A stretch of DNA of 64,000 nucleotides. Source: Deltaproteobacteria bacterium. Lineage in GTDB: Bacteria; SAR324; NAC60-12. The translations under genes and the position numbers were made by a program. The notes beneath the pieces were generated by a model that had not been told where the DNA came from, made no database searches, and saw only the letters and a list, made by a program, of their open reading frames with translations. Numbering within the stretch: the first letter of the stretch is position 1; every line of letters starts with the position of its first letter. The stretch covers positions 1 through 64,000 of the forward strand of contig JAYOTF010000008.1 of NCBI GenBank assembly GCA_038150265.1. The letters run 5' to 3'. This document shows positions 39,134 through 48,640 of the stretch, one piece after another.

Positions 39134-39625
39134 TCACGGGTTGGAGGCGGTCACAGGGACATAGAAGGGCGAGCGGATCATCTGCAGCAGGTCAAACCGC
39201 CACTCGCCGTCTTCCTGAAGCATGAGGAACGACTGGGTCCGTTCAAACTGCAAATCAGCGACACTTTTGTGCCGGAAGGTGATGGTCGCCTCCACGTAAA
39301 GCAGGGTCCGGAAGCGGAACGAGACCACCGGTGGCGTCTGAGGTGCCAGTCCAACGGGCACCCAGTCCAGCTCCACCATGCGGGTGGCATACTCTTCGAG
39401 CCCAATCAGCTCCTTGGACTGGCGCCGTCCGTGCTCATACATCTCAAAGTACCGCTCTTCCTGCCAGAGTTTGAGGAACTCCTCAAAGGCGGTACGGGTT
39501 TCAGTCTGAATGACCTCCAGCTCCATGGGGGTCGGTTGCCGGGCACTGACCGCTGAGGGGGCCAGGAAGCCGCCCAGCAGCACCATCAGGAGCGCGAGGC
39601 AGAGACGCGGTTGAGTTCGATCCAT
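39134..39625 (-). CDS. Hypothetical exported protein (NTF2-like appearance)
   Basis: Signal peptide-like LCLALLMVLLGGFLAPSAVSA and C-terminal EDGEWRF. Start moved to ATG 39625, overlapping the holB end. Confidence 0.6.
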   Translation of the reverse strand: MDRTQPRLCLALLMVLLGGFLAPSAVSARQPTPMELEVIQTETRTAFEEFLKLWQEERYFEMYEHGRRQSKELIGLEEYATRMVELDWVPVGLAPQTPPVVSFRFRTLLYVEATITFRHKSVADLQFERTQSFLMLQEDGEWRFDLLQMIRSPFYVPVTASNP

Positions 39626-40602
39626 AATCCTTCGAGGGCAAGGGCCTTGTTTGCATTGAGTTGGATGGCATGACGGACCTCCGTCAGCCGTTCCAGCAGG
39701 TGCTGAACCCGTTGGAGGGGAAAGCGGATGGCAGCACGCTGAGCCGTGTCCGCAAGCTCCGGATGCAGCAGGTGCTCTGGGTCCAGTCCGTGCTGGAGCC
39801 ATGCCACGTCCCGGAACCAGCGCTCAAGAAAGTCCAACATCAGCCGCCATTCGTCACTTTTTGGCGTCGACCACCCGCCAACGGTGCTGAGGACCGACTC
39901 CAGGGTAGCGGGTCCGGGACGTTCCAGCCACTGCAGCACCGTCTCCTGGACGGTCCGGATGGCTTCAACCCGGGCCACGAGGTCCACCGGGAGGCTCCCC
40001 ATCGCCTGAGGCAGCAGGGCCGTGATCTGTTCGGGCGCCAGTTCGGCCTGCTGCTCCAGCAGGGTGCGGATGACGGCTTCCGAGAGAGGCAGCAGGCGCA
40101 GGGGCTGGCACCGCGAAACGATGGTCTCCAGCAGGTGTTCTGGAGAGGGGGCAATCAGGATGATCAGCGTTCCCTCCGGAGGCTCCTCCAGCGTCTTCAG
40201 GAAGGCGTTCGAGGACTCCCGGTTGAGGTGCTCGGCGCCATCCAGAATCAGCGTCCGCCAGCGGGCCCGGTCGGCATGCAGCTGCAGCCAGCGTTGGGCC
40301 TGATGGATCTGCTCCATGCGGATGTTCTTGCCATCGGGCTCAAGCACCAGAAAGTCCGGGTGGTTGCGTTCCGCAATCTGACGACACGCCCGGCATTCGC
40401 CACAGGCATCGTCACTCCGTTCCTCCAGCAGCCCGCTGGCCTGCTCGCAGTTGAGCCACTGCGCGAGGGCTTCAGCCACACGGAAGCGTCCGGTGTGAGC
40501 CGGGCCTGTGAAGAGCCAGGCGTGTGGCATTCGTCCCAGCTGCTCCACCCTCCGGAGGGTGGCGATGGCCTGATCCTGTCCAAGGATTTCCGAAAAGGGC
40601 AT
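39586..40602 (-). CDS. holB: DNA polymerase III delta-prime subunit
   Basis: HAWLFTGP, Zn module C...CGECRAC, HPDF, NAFLKTLEEP and TIVSRC. Confidence 0.93.
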   Translation of the reverse strand: MPFSEILGQDQAIATLRRVEQLGRMPHAWLFTGPAHTGRFRVAEALAQWLNCEQASGLLEERSDDACGECRACRQIAERNHPDFLVLEPDGKNIRMEQIHQAQRWLQLHADRARWRTLILDGAEHLNRESSNAFLKTLEEPPEGTLIILIAPSPEHLLETIVSRCQPLRLLPLSEAVIRTLLEQQAELAPEQITALLPQAMGSLPVDLVARVEAIRTVQETVLQWLERPGPATLESVLSTVGGWSTPKSDEWRLMLDFLERWFRDVAWLQHGLDPEHLLHPELADTAQRAAIRFPLQRVQHLLERLTEVRHAIQLNANKALALEGLWIELNRVSASRS

Positions 40603-40603
40603 G

Positions 40604-41791
40604 CTAGATCAGTCCATAATGCTGAGCCAGCTGTTCAAAGGCAGGGCGCGAACGCTCAATCTCTTCCTCGGTGCAGCAGAAGGAGATCCGGAAGTAACCG
40701 GGGCGGCCGAAGCCGGTTCCGGGAACCAGCAGGAGGCGTTGCTCCTGAGCACGTTGCACAAAGGCGATGTCGTCTGGTTCCGGAGCCCGGGGGAAGAGGT
40801 AGAAGGCGCCCTGGGGCCGGACCACTTCAAAGTTGCAGGCCTCGAGCAATTCAAGGAAGCGGTTCCGGAGGCGCTCATAGACGGAGATGTCAACGGTTGC
40901 GGTGCCAATCTCCGGGAGCACACGCTGCATGAGCCCGGGGGCATTGACGAAGCCCAGCACCCGGTTGGCCAGCACCAGCGCCCCCTGCACCAGCGCCCGC
41001 TCCTCAATCTGCGGGTTGACGGCGATGTAGCCAATGCGCTCTCCAGGGAGCCCCAGGTCCTTGGAGTGCGAGGTCACCAGCAGGCTGTTGGGATGACTGA
41101 GCAGGGCGTTGCCACTGGTGACGCCATCGTAGGTGAGGCGGTGGTAGATGTCATCCGAGACCAGGTAGATCGGGTGGCCCACCTCCTGTTCCTTTTGCTG
41201 CAGCAACGCCCCCAGCGCATCCAGCGTCTCCTGCGTGTACACGACCCCAGTCGGGTTGTTGGGGGAGTTGACCAGCACCACCTTCGTCTGTGGACCGATG
41301 GCCGCGTCCAACGCGTTCAGGTCGGGCTGAAAGTGCGCGTCGGTGGGAACCGGCTTGAGGACACCGCCATGATTTTGTGCATAAAACCCATACTCCACAA
41401 AATAGGGGGCAAGGGCGACCACCTCGTCTCCCGGATCCAGCAGGGCCTTGAGGACCACATTCAGCCCGCCTCCGGCTCCGCAGCACATCACGACGTCCTC
41501 CGGTTCGAAGCCGAGCCCAGTTGCGGTTTTCAGAGTGGTGGCCTCGTAAGCCCGGACCTCCGGATAGCCTGCGTTGGGCATGTACCGGTGCAGTCCGGGA
41601 GCCGGCGCGTCGAGCAGCTTCCGGAGCGCCTCGTGAAACGCTTCCGGAGGCTCGAGGACGGGGTTGCCGATGGAGAAGTCGTAAACCTGCTCGGCGCCGT
41701 GGAGGGCCTTGAGGCGGGCGCCTTCTTCAAACATCTGGCGGATCCAGGAGGATCGCTGCATGGAGTCACGGACGCTCTGCGCAATGGGCAT
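40604..41791 (-). CDS. PLP-dependent class I aminotransferase (aspartate aminotransferase-like)
   Basis: SWIRQMFEEG, NSPNNPTG, SDDIY and SHSKDLGLPGERIGY. Confidence 0.92.
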   Translation of the reverse strand: MPIAQSVRDSMQRSSWIRQMFEEGARLKALHGAEQVYDFSIGNPVLEPPEAFHEALRKLLDAPAPGLHRYMPNAGYPEVRAYEATTLKTATGLGFEPEDVVMCCGAGGGLNVVLKALLDPGDEVVALAPYFVEYGFYAQNHGGVLKPVPTDAHFQPDLNALDAAIGPQTKVVLVNSPNNPTGVVYTQETLDALGALLQQKEQEVGHPIYLVSDDIYHRLTYDGVTSGNALLSHPNSLLVTSHSKDLGLPGERIGYIAVNPQIEERALVQGALVLANRVLGFVNAPGLMQRVLPEIGTATVDISVYERLRNRFLELLEACNFEVVRPQGAFYLFPRAPEPDDIAFVQRAQEQRLLLVPGTGFGRPGYFRISFCCTEEEIERSRPAFEQLAQHYGLI

Positions 41792-41855
41792 AAGGGGGTG
41801 ATGGATTCAGTGTGGAAAAAGGCTCGGGCCAGCGGGAACAGAACAACCAGGGCGG

Positions 41856-43562
41856 TTAGGGGGCCCTCCAGACACCGTGTTCCTCCAGCAGGTCAATCAG
41901 GCGATCAACCGCCTGCTCCGAGGGGATGTTGCGGGCCACCTGCTCCTGCCCCTTGTAAAGGTGCACCTTGCCCGGCCCGGCTCCAACGTACCCGAAGTCG
42001 GCGTCGGCCATCTCTCCGGGGCCGTTCACCACGCAGCCCATGACGGCGATCTTGACCCCCTTGAGGTGCGCGGTGCGCTCCTTGATGCGGGCGGTGGTGG
42101 TCTGGAGGTCAAAGAAGGTCCGTCCGCAGGAAGGGCAGGAGATGAAGTCTGCCTTGTACAGCCGCACCCGAGTTGCCTGCAGGAGCATCTGGGCAAACTC
42201 GACCTCGGGCGCCTCCGGATTGGGGGTTGGACACACGAGGGCCTGCAGCAGGCCTTCGGCAATCAGCGTGCCCAGCTCCGCAGCAAGGCCAAGGGGGAGC
42301 TGTTCGGGTTCCAATGCCGGAAGCACCACTCCGAGTGGCCAGGGGGTGTGGGCCTGATCGAGCTGCTGGCGCCACTCCCGGATGACGGAAAGCGGGTGGT
42401 CGGTGGTCAGCAAAAGCAGCTCCGGACGGTCCGGGTCAACAGGAGCAGCGGGGCTGAGCAGGCGGAAGGGAAGGACCCCAGCCTGATCCTTTTGCAAAAG
42501 GCCATCAAAGACATCGCTGCCCAGTCCGGGGATGATGTAGTCGCTGAGCGCCAGCAGGCGGAAGGGCGCGGCGCCTCCGACTGTGAGGCCGTTCAGGTCC
42601 ACAGCCGTGGTGACGGTGGCGTGGGGCCCTTCCGGGATCAGCTCGCCCTTCTGCAGGGTTCCGGTGAAGGAGGCTTCCTGGCGCGAGGCGGTGGGAGCCT
42701 GCCCCTGGATTTCTTCAAGAATTTGCCGAGCCGCCGGAATTTCGTTCTCTGCAGGTTCCGTCAAGGAGACCCGGATGGTATCGCCCAAGCCATCGGCAAG
42801 GAGCCCCCCGATGCCCACGGCGCTTTTGATGCGTCCGTCTGGACCAAAGCCGGCTTCGGTCACGCCCAGGTGCAGTGGGTAGTCCATGCCCTCTTCATCC
42901 ATGCGCTTCACCAGGAGCCGATAGGCCTGCATCATCACCATCGGGTTGGACGACTTCATGGAGAGGACGATGTCGTGGTAGTCGTGCTTCCGGAAGAGGC
43001 GGAGGAACTCCAGCGCCGACTGCACCATGCCCTCGGGGGAGTCGCCGTAGCGGTTCATGATGCGGTCGGAGAGTGACCCGTGGTTGGTGCCGATGCGCAA
43101 GGCCCGTCCGTAGCGCTTGAGGTTGGCAATCAGGGGCAGGAGCGACTCCTCAATGCGCTCCAGCTCTTCGGCATACTGGGCATCGGAGTACTCCCGGACT
43201 TCAAACTTCTTGCGGTCGGCGTAGTTGCCCGGATTGATCCGGACCTTTTCCACAAACTCGCAGGCGCCAACGGCCAGGAGGGGGTTGAAGTGGATGTCGG
43301 CAATCAGGGGGCGGGTGATGCCCCGCTCGCGCATGCCCGCATGGATGCGACCCAGGGCTTCCACGGACTTCTGGTTGGGAGCCGTGACTCGAATCATTTC
43401 ACACCCGACGGCATCCAGGCGGACAATTTCGGCAAGGCAGGCGTCGACATCGGTGGTGTCTGAGGTCAGCATCGACTGGATGCGGATCGGTTCCTGCCCG
43501 CCAACCGCAAGGTCTCCAATGCGGACGGTACGGCACGATCGGCGAAAGGGCTGCAAGGACAT
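41856..43562 (-). CDS. ispG: (E)-4-hydroxy-3-methylbut-2-enyl-diphosphate synthase, long three-domain form
   Basis: IQSM, ADIHF, RINPGN, RIGTNHGSLS, HLGVTEAG, ISCPSCGR and MGCVVNGPGE. Confidence 0.96.
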   Translation of the reverse strand: MSLQPFRRSCRTVRIGDLAVGGQEPIRIQSMLTSDTTDVDACLAEIVRLDAVGCEMIRVTAPNQKSVEALGRIHAGMRERGITRPLIADIHFNPLLAVGACEFVEKVRINPGNYADRKKFEVREYSDAQYAEELERIEESLLPLIANLKRYGRALRIGTNHGSLSDRIMNRYGDSPEGMVQSALEFLRLFRKHDYHDIVLSMKSSNPMVMMQAYRLLVKRMDEEGMDYPLHLGVTEAGFGPDGRIKSAVGIGGLLADGLGDTIRVSLTEPAENEIPAARQILEEIQGQAPTASRQEASFTGTLQKGELIPEGPHATVTTAVDLNGLTVGGAAPFRLLALSDYIIPGLGSDVFDGLLQKDQAGVLPFRLLSPAAPVDPDRPELLLLTTDHPLSVIREWRQQLDQAHTPWPLGVVLPALEPEQLPLGLAAELGTLIAEGLLQALVCPTPNPEAPEVEFAQMLLQATRVRLYKADFISCPSCGRTFFDLQTTTARIKERTAHLKGVKIAVMGCVVNGPGEMADADFGYVGAGPGKVHLYKGQEQVARNIPSEQAVDRLIDLLEEHGVWRAP

Positions 43563-43734
43563 GAAGGGACTCTCGAAACAAATCGTAAAATCAAAATCTT
43601 GAGCGGAGTCTCTTTCACTTTCAAGCGGAACTCCGGAGGAGGGGGTGCTTCCGGAAGCGGAAGCTTGTGCTTTGAGGCGCCTTCCCGCTATTTTGGAGGG
43701 CCTTTTTCTTCTCCATTTTTTCAGGAATTTTGTG

Positions 43735-44547
43735 ATGTCCCCTCCTGCTTCTCGACTCCCCAGCCTCTACCTGCCTCATGGCGGAGGCCCGTGCTTCTTC
43801 ATGGACTGGACGATGGGGCCTCCCGACACGTGGAATCGCATGCAGACGTGGCTGGAAGGCTTGCTGGACACGCTTCCGGAACGTCCCACTCGGCTGCTGG
43901 TGATCTCGGCTCACTGGGAAACCCCCGTGGTGCAGGTGACCACGCATCCCGAGCCCGAGTTGATTTATGACTACTACGGCTTTCCTCAGCACACCTACCA
44001 ACTGCAGTGGCCTGCTCCCGGTGATCCCGCCTTGGCGCAGCAGGTGCTGACGCTGCTGGAAGAAGCCCGGATTCCTGCAGAAGCCAACCCGACCCGAGGC
44101 TGGGACCATGGGGTGTTCATCCCGTTCAAGGTCGCCCTTCCGGAGGCGGACCTGCCGACGGTGGCCGTGTCGTTGCGGGCAGATCTGGACCCGGCGTTTC
44201 ACTACCAGGTGGGACAGGCGCTGCGGCCCCTCAAGGATCAGGGGGTGCTGATCGTGGGGTCAGGCATGAGCTACCACAACCTGAAGCGGATGTTCTCCGG
44301 ATCGCTGCTGGAGGAATCGGTGGCCTTTGATGGCTGGCTGCAGGAGTGGTCGCAGCTTCCGGAACCGGAGCGTCAGCAGAAGTTGGTGAACTGGTTGCAG
44401 GCGCCTCAGGCTCGGCAGTGCCATCCACGTGAAGAGCACCTGGCCCCCCTGTTTGTGGCGGCAGGGGCCAGCTCCGGAGGCCAGGCGTGGTGCCCCTTCA
44501 CCGATCAGGTCATGGGCGCTCAGGTGTCAGCGTTTGCGTTTGACTGA
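43735..44547 (+). CDS. DODA/LigB-type class III extradiol ring-cleavage dioxygenase
   Basis: PHGGGP, ISAHWE, YDYYGFP, DHGVFIP, GSGMSYHN and HPREEHL. Start moved to ATG 43735. Confidence 0.92.
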   Translation: MSPPASRLPSLYLPHGGGPCFFMDWTMGPPDTWNRMQTWLEGLLDTLPERPTRLLVISAHWETPVVQVTTHPEPELIYDYYGFPQHTYQLQWPAPGDPALAQQVLTLLEEARIPAEANPTRGWDHGVFIPFKVALPEADLPTVAVSLRADLDPAFHYQVGQALRPLKDQGVLIVGSGMSYHNLKRMFSGSLLEESVAFDGWLQEWSQLPEPERQQKLVNWLQAPQARQCHPREEHLAPLFVAAGASSGGQAWCPFTDQVMGAQVSAFAFD

Positions 44548-45731
44548 GTGCGTGCCAATTCCTGAAACAGCCAGACAAACGCAAAAACGGTGGCAACACA
44601 GCCTCCGAAGACCACAAAGAAGGGAAGCCCCGGGTGCTGCTCCACGGCGTACCCGCCCCACAGGTTTCCTGTCACCATGGCCAGGCTCCAGGCGAGGTGC
44701 GACCAGCCCACCACCTGAGCCTTTTCATCAGGACCTGCCACCGCGTTCATGAGACGCGGGAGCAGGGTTGAGACGCCCCACGCACACACGGCTCCCCCGG
44801 TTCCCAAGAGAAACAGCCCTGCCAGAGAGTCGGTGTAGAAGCCGATGCCTCCGGAACAGAGGGCGACGCCAATGCTCGAGAGCAGGGTGGGGCGCTGGGG
44901 GCCACTTTGATCGGCCCACTTGCCAATGAACACCTGTCCGGATGCAGCCAGCACCAGGCTGACGGAGACGTAACTGGTGGACCAGAACACCGACTCGGTG
45001 GCCCGGAAGATCAGCAACGGCAGCAGCAAGGTCGCGGTGCCCCAGTAGCAGGTGGGAAGGAAGCGGACTGCGAGGATCAGCTGCACCGCCCGCCGCTTCA
45101 GCAAAAAAGGCGCGGGTCCGGAGGTGGGGGCTGGCGCCGGTGTGCCCCGTTCCGGCTCCGACAGAAAGCGCGCAATGCCCAGCAGCAGCACGGCCACTCC
45201 CCCCAGCAGCCCCACTCCCAACCCCACAAAACCAAGGTGCTCCACCACGGGACCGGCGACCAGGTTCCCCAGTGACGTCCCCAGCGTCATGCCCAGAAAG
45301 TAGTAGGCGGAGCGGCTGCTGAGCTGAGCCTCGGGGACACTGTGAAGCAGGTAGGCGTGTCCGGAGGTGACGAGGAAGCCGGTTCCGAGGCCAAACCCGA
45401 TGCTGAGCGGAAGGAGGAAGGCGCTTTCGCTCTGGAGGAAGATGAGCGCGCCCAGCAGGCTTCCGGAAGCACCGAAGAGGAACATCGGCTTGAGGCCCCA
45501 GCGGTCGCAGAGGCGCCCAGCAGGCACGGCAGACAGCCCTCCGAGGATCAGAAAGACGGAGTTGATGCCCGCGGAAAACAGCGGAGGCGCCTGCAGTTCA
45601 GACTCGACATAAATCGGCAGCAGCGCGTTGATGGGGCCGGTGAAGAGGCTGACGCAGAAGTTGAGGAAGAGAAAGCGCGCGAGGATGAAGCCTCCTGAAG
45701 CAGCAAAAGGAAACGGGCGAGGGGGAGACGT
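44520..45731 (-). CDS. MFS transporter (start codon uncertain, non-canonical)
   Basis: The frame is open from 45740 to the stop at 44520. It has motif A-like AGRLCDRWG and GKWADQSG. TM1 and TM2 lie upstream of the first GTG (45527), and there is no ATG/GTG/TTG in that stretch. Confidence 0.75.
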   Translation of the reverse strand, partial: TSPPRPFPFAASGGFILARFLFLNFCVSLFTGPINALLPIYVESELQAPPLFSAGINSVFLILGGLSAVPAGRLCDRWGLKPMFLFGASGSLLGALIFLQSESAFLLPLSIGFGLGTGFLVTSGHAYLLHSVPEAQLSSRSAYYFLGMTLGTSLGNLVAGPVVEHLGFVGLGVGLLGGVAVLLLGIARFLSEPERGTPAPAPTSGPAPFLLKRRAVQLILAVRFLPTCYWGTATLLLPLLIFRATESVFWSTSYVSVSLVLAASGQVFIGKWADQSGPQRPTLLSSIGVALCSGGIGFYTDSLAGLFLLGTGGAVCAWGVSTLLPRLMNAVAGPDEKAQVVGWSHLAWSLAMVTGNLWGGYAVEQHPGLPFFVVFGGCVATVFAFVWLFQELARTQSNANADT

Positions 45732-45740
45732 CTGCGGAGG

Positions 45741-46214
45741 CTAGCCTTCGTTTGCGGTCAGGGCCTGGTGGGCGCGATCAATGGCGTCATTGAGGTAGTA
45801 TCCGAAAAAATCCTCTGGACCGAGTCCCACGAAGCGATCCACCAGCTCCTCGCCGTTGGGACCGAGGAAGACCATGGTGGGGACCAGGGAGATGCGGTAG
45901 CGTTCGGTGAGGGTTTCGAGGGTCTGCGCGGTACCGTCAAAGTCCCGGAAGGGCCGGGAGGGGTGATCACGAGGAACCTCGCGGATGAGGAGGCGGTGGG
46001 CCTGTTCGCCGTTTCGTTGCATGGGCAGCAGGTAGCCCTGCTTGAGGCGGTGGCAGTAAGGACAGTACTCTTCGGTAAAGACGAGGAGCAGCGCAACCTG
46101 ATTCTGCCGCATGGTGGCCGCGTCGGCGGCCAGGTCTTGAACCGGCGGGAGCGACTCCGCCCAGGCAAACCCGGGCGGGAGCAGGAGAGCAAGGAGGATG
46201 AAAACGCGAATCAT
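45741..46214 (-). CDS. Periplasmic thioredoxin-fold protein, SoxW-like
   Basis: Signal peptide, CPYC active site and cis-Pro VPTMVF, at the end of the sox operon. Confidence 0.8.
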   Translation of the reverse strand: MIRVFILLALLLPPGFAWAESLPPVQDLAADAATMRQNQVALLLVFTEEYCPYCHRLKQGYLLPMQRNGEQAHRLLIREVPRDHPSRPFRDFDGTAQTLETLTERYRISLVPTMVFLGPNGEELVDRFVGLGPEDFFGYYLNDAIDRAHQALTANEG

Positions 46215-46232
46215 TTTTCCCCCTTGGGGTGG

Positions 46233-46874
46233 TTAGAGCTTGCGCTCAAAGGTGGCCACGTATGCGGCAATGCTGTTGATCACCTGCTCATCGGGAAGGG
46301 TGAGCGAGATGCCACGCATCATGGCTCCGTACTTGTCATCGGGGTGAGCCCCTCGGATGCCGGTGTAGAAGTTCTTGAGCTGCCGGACCACGTACCAGTC
46401 CTGCTGACCGGCAATGCGTGGGGCCTGCAGTCCGACGTTGCCTTCGCCTTCGGAGCCATGGCAGGACGCGCAGCTGGCGTCATAAGCCTGCTTGCCCACG
46501 TCGAGGTCTCCCTCAATGGTCTTGGGAGGGTTGTAGGCTTCGAGGGAAGTCAGGTAGGCGACAACGTCATCGACCACCTGCTCGTCGATGAGCATGTTGG
46601 CCATGGGGCGCATCCACTGTCCCAACTCATCGTCCGGATGGGCGCCACGGATGCCCTGCTTGAAGTTGAGAATCTGACGCTTGAGGTACCAGTCCTCCTG
46701 TCCGGCGAGGGAGGGGGTCTGGAGTTTGGGCATCCCGTTGCCATTGGACGCATGGCAACCGCCACAGGTTGCATAGTGCCACTGACCCCGCTCCGGGTCT
46801 CCTTTGGCCCAGACCGTTGTGGTCAGCGCAAGGCTGGTCAGCAGCAGTACTCCCCAATGCCTCAATGTCTGCAT
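46233..46874 (-). CDS. Diheme cytochrome c (c4/c553-like)
   Basis: Signal peptide, CGGCH and CASCH, and two PxLAGQxxWY repeats with distal Met. Confidence 0.9.
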   Translation of the reverse strand: MQTLRHWGVLLLTSLALTTTVWAKGDPERGQWHYATCGGCHASNGNGMPKLQTPSLAGQEDWYLKRQILNFKQGIRGAHPDDELGQWMRPMANMLIDEQVVDDVVAYLTSLEAYNPPKTIEGDLDVGKQAYDASCASCHGSEGEGNVGLQAPRIAGQQDWYVVRQLKNFYTGIRGAHPDDKYGAMMRGISLTLPDEQVINSIAAYVATFERKL

Positions 46875-46941
46875 CGTCTCTCCTTGGTTGTCTCAATCAA
46901 TTGGAATCAAGCGGGGCCGGAGGTTCCGACCCCAGGTCTGC

Positions 46942-48225
46942 TCAGGCAAACATGTCCTGAGTGATGCTGTCGTACCAGCCCTGAGCGTAGACCGCTTCCT
47001 GGGCGCGTGCGGCAGCATCTGCGTTTTTGGGGCTCACTCCCCCGGCTCCGGAAACGCCAGCGATCTTGCCTTCGTTGAACCGATAGACGGCTGCGACGGA
47101 GATGCTGTAGTTCGGAGTCACCAGGCTGTAGCAGGTGTTGGCAAACGAGGGCGCCACCGGATCCTCTCCCCGCAGAAGGGAGACAATGGCTGCGGCACAC
47201 ACCTTGGCCTGGCTGTTGGCCGAGAAGCCAGACTTGGGCATGGCACCGGCGATGCTGGCATCTCCAATGACGTGCACCTTGGGCATCTTCTCCGATTCAA
47301 AGGTGATCTGGTTCACCGGGCACCAACCCGCGTCGTTGGTGAGTCCGGAATCTCGGGCGATCTTGCCGGCCCACTGAGCCGGGATGAAGTTGATCACATC
47401 TCCCTTTTCCCAGCCAAACTCGGTCTCCACCTGCATGTTCGCGGCATCAATCTGCAGCACCTTTCCCCCGGCGCTGCCCTGCCGCCACTCAATGAGGTCG
47501 CGGTAGTGGAGGTTCCAGCCGTCGGTGAAGAGCGGCTGCTTGGAGAACTTCTCCTTCATGTCCAGAATCAGGACCTTGGACCTGGGTTTGTTCTGAGACA
47601 GGTAGTGCGCCATCATGCTGGCCCGCTCATAGGGTCCGGGCGGGCAGCGGAACGGGTTTTCGGGCGGGCAGATCACCACGGTTCCGCCATCGGGCATGGC
47701 CTCAAGTTGCTTGCGGAGCTGAACCGTTTGTGGGCCGGCCTTCCAGGCATGGGGCATCTTGTCTTCCACATCCGGACTGTGGCCCGGCATCTTGTCGTAC
47801 CGGACATCGACTCCGGGGGAAACGACGGCGCGGTCAAACGGAATGCGTGAGCCATCTGCCAGGACCACCGCGTTGGCTTCGACCCTGGATGCCCGAGCAT
47901 GCACCACCTTGACGCCATAGAGGCTTTCCAGCTTGGTGTAGCTGTGGGCAATGTCGTCCATCTGCTTGAGGCCACCGAGGACCAGGTTGCTGAACGGACA
48001 GGTGTAAAAGGTCTTGTTGGGCTCCACCAGCGTCACATCCAGGGAGTTGTCCATCATCTTGAGGTACTTGGCTGCCGTCGCGCCTCCAAAGCCACCGCCC
48101 ACCACCACGATCCGGGCGCTGGATGGGCTGACACGAGCGCTCTGAGAGGCAGTGTTGCAGCCGGCGAGGGTGGTGGCCCCTGCTGCGAGAAAGAGCTTGC
48201 TGAACTGTCTTCGGGTTACCTGCAT
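46942..48225 (-). CDS. fccB: Flavocytochrome c sulfide dehydrogenase flavoprotein (FccB/SoxF)
   Basis: Tat motif TRRQF, GGGFGGATAAKY, CPFSN, CPPGPYER, MPKSGFSANSQAK and NTCYS. Confidence 0.93.
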   Translation of the reverse strand: MQVTRRQFSKLFLAAGATTLAGCNTASQSARVSPSSARIVVVGGGFGGATAAKYLKMMDNSLDVTLVEPNKTFYTCPFSNLVLGGLKQMDDIAHSYTKLESLYGVKVVHARASRVEANAVVLADGSRIPFDRAVVSPGVDVRYDKMPGHSPDVEDKMPHAWKAGPQTVQLRKQLEAMPDGGTVVICPPENPFRCPPGPYERASMMAHYLSQNKPRSKVLILDMKEKFSKQPLFTDGWNLHYRDLIEWRQGSAGGKVLQIDAANMQVETEFGWEKGDVINFIPAQWAGKIARDSGLTNDAGWCPVNQITFESEKMPKVHVIGDASIAGAMPKSGFSANSQAKVCAAAIVSLLRGEDPVAPSFANTCYSLVTPNYSISVAAVYRFNEGKIAGVSGAGGVSPKNADAAARAQEAVYAQGWYDSITQDMFA

Positions 48226-48234
48226 CGCGTCTCC

Positions 48235-48555
48235 TTAGTTTTTTTGGTTACCAAGGTGGGCGGCAAGGAGCTTGATCTCCTCGTCCGTGTACCCTTTGGC
48301 GATTCGGTTCATCACAGTGGCGTAGCGCTCTTCGCTGCGGAATTGCTTCATGGCGCTTTCAATGTAGCTGGCTGATTTGCCGGCAATCGCAGGAATCGAG
48401 CCGGGGCTGTTTCCGTTGGTTCCGTGACACGAGGCGCAGGAAAGCGCGAGCACCATGCCGCGTTTTTCATCTGCGTGTGCGCTGGTGGCGAAACTCAAGC
48501 TGGCGCCCAGCAGCAGGGCGCTCAGCAGGGGTTTCTGCAACAGTTGCTTCATCAT
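48235..48555 (-). CDS. fccA: Monoheme cytochrome c subunit of flavocytochrome c (FccA)
   Basis: Signal peptide, CASCHGTNG and [10 protein letters not shown]. Start ATG 48555 follows GGAGG. Confidence 0.85.
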   Translation of the reverse strand: MMKQLLQKPLLSALLLGASLSFATSAHADEKRGMVLALSCASCHGTNGNSPGSIPAIAGKSASYIESAMKQFRSEERYATVMNRIAKGYTDEEIKLLAAHLGNQKN

Positions 48556-48640
48556 GACCTCCCAATGGCGGGTTTGAGGAGGAGGGCCTGGAGCCCTCAA
48601 GGAATCAGGCGGAGCCTGAAAACTGATTCAGCGAGTCAAC

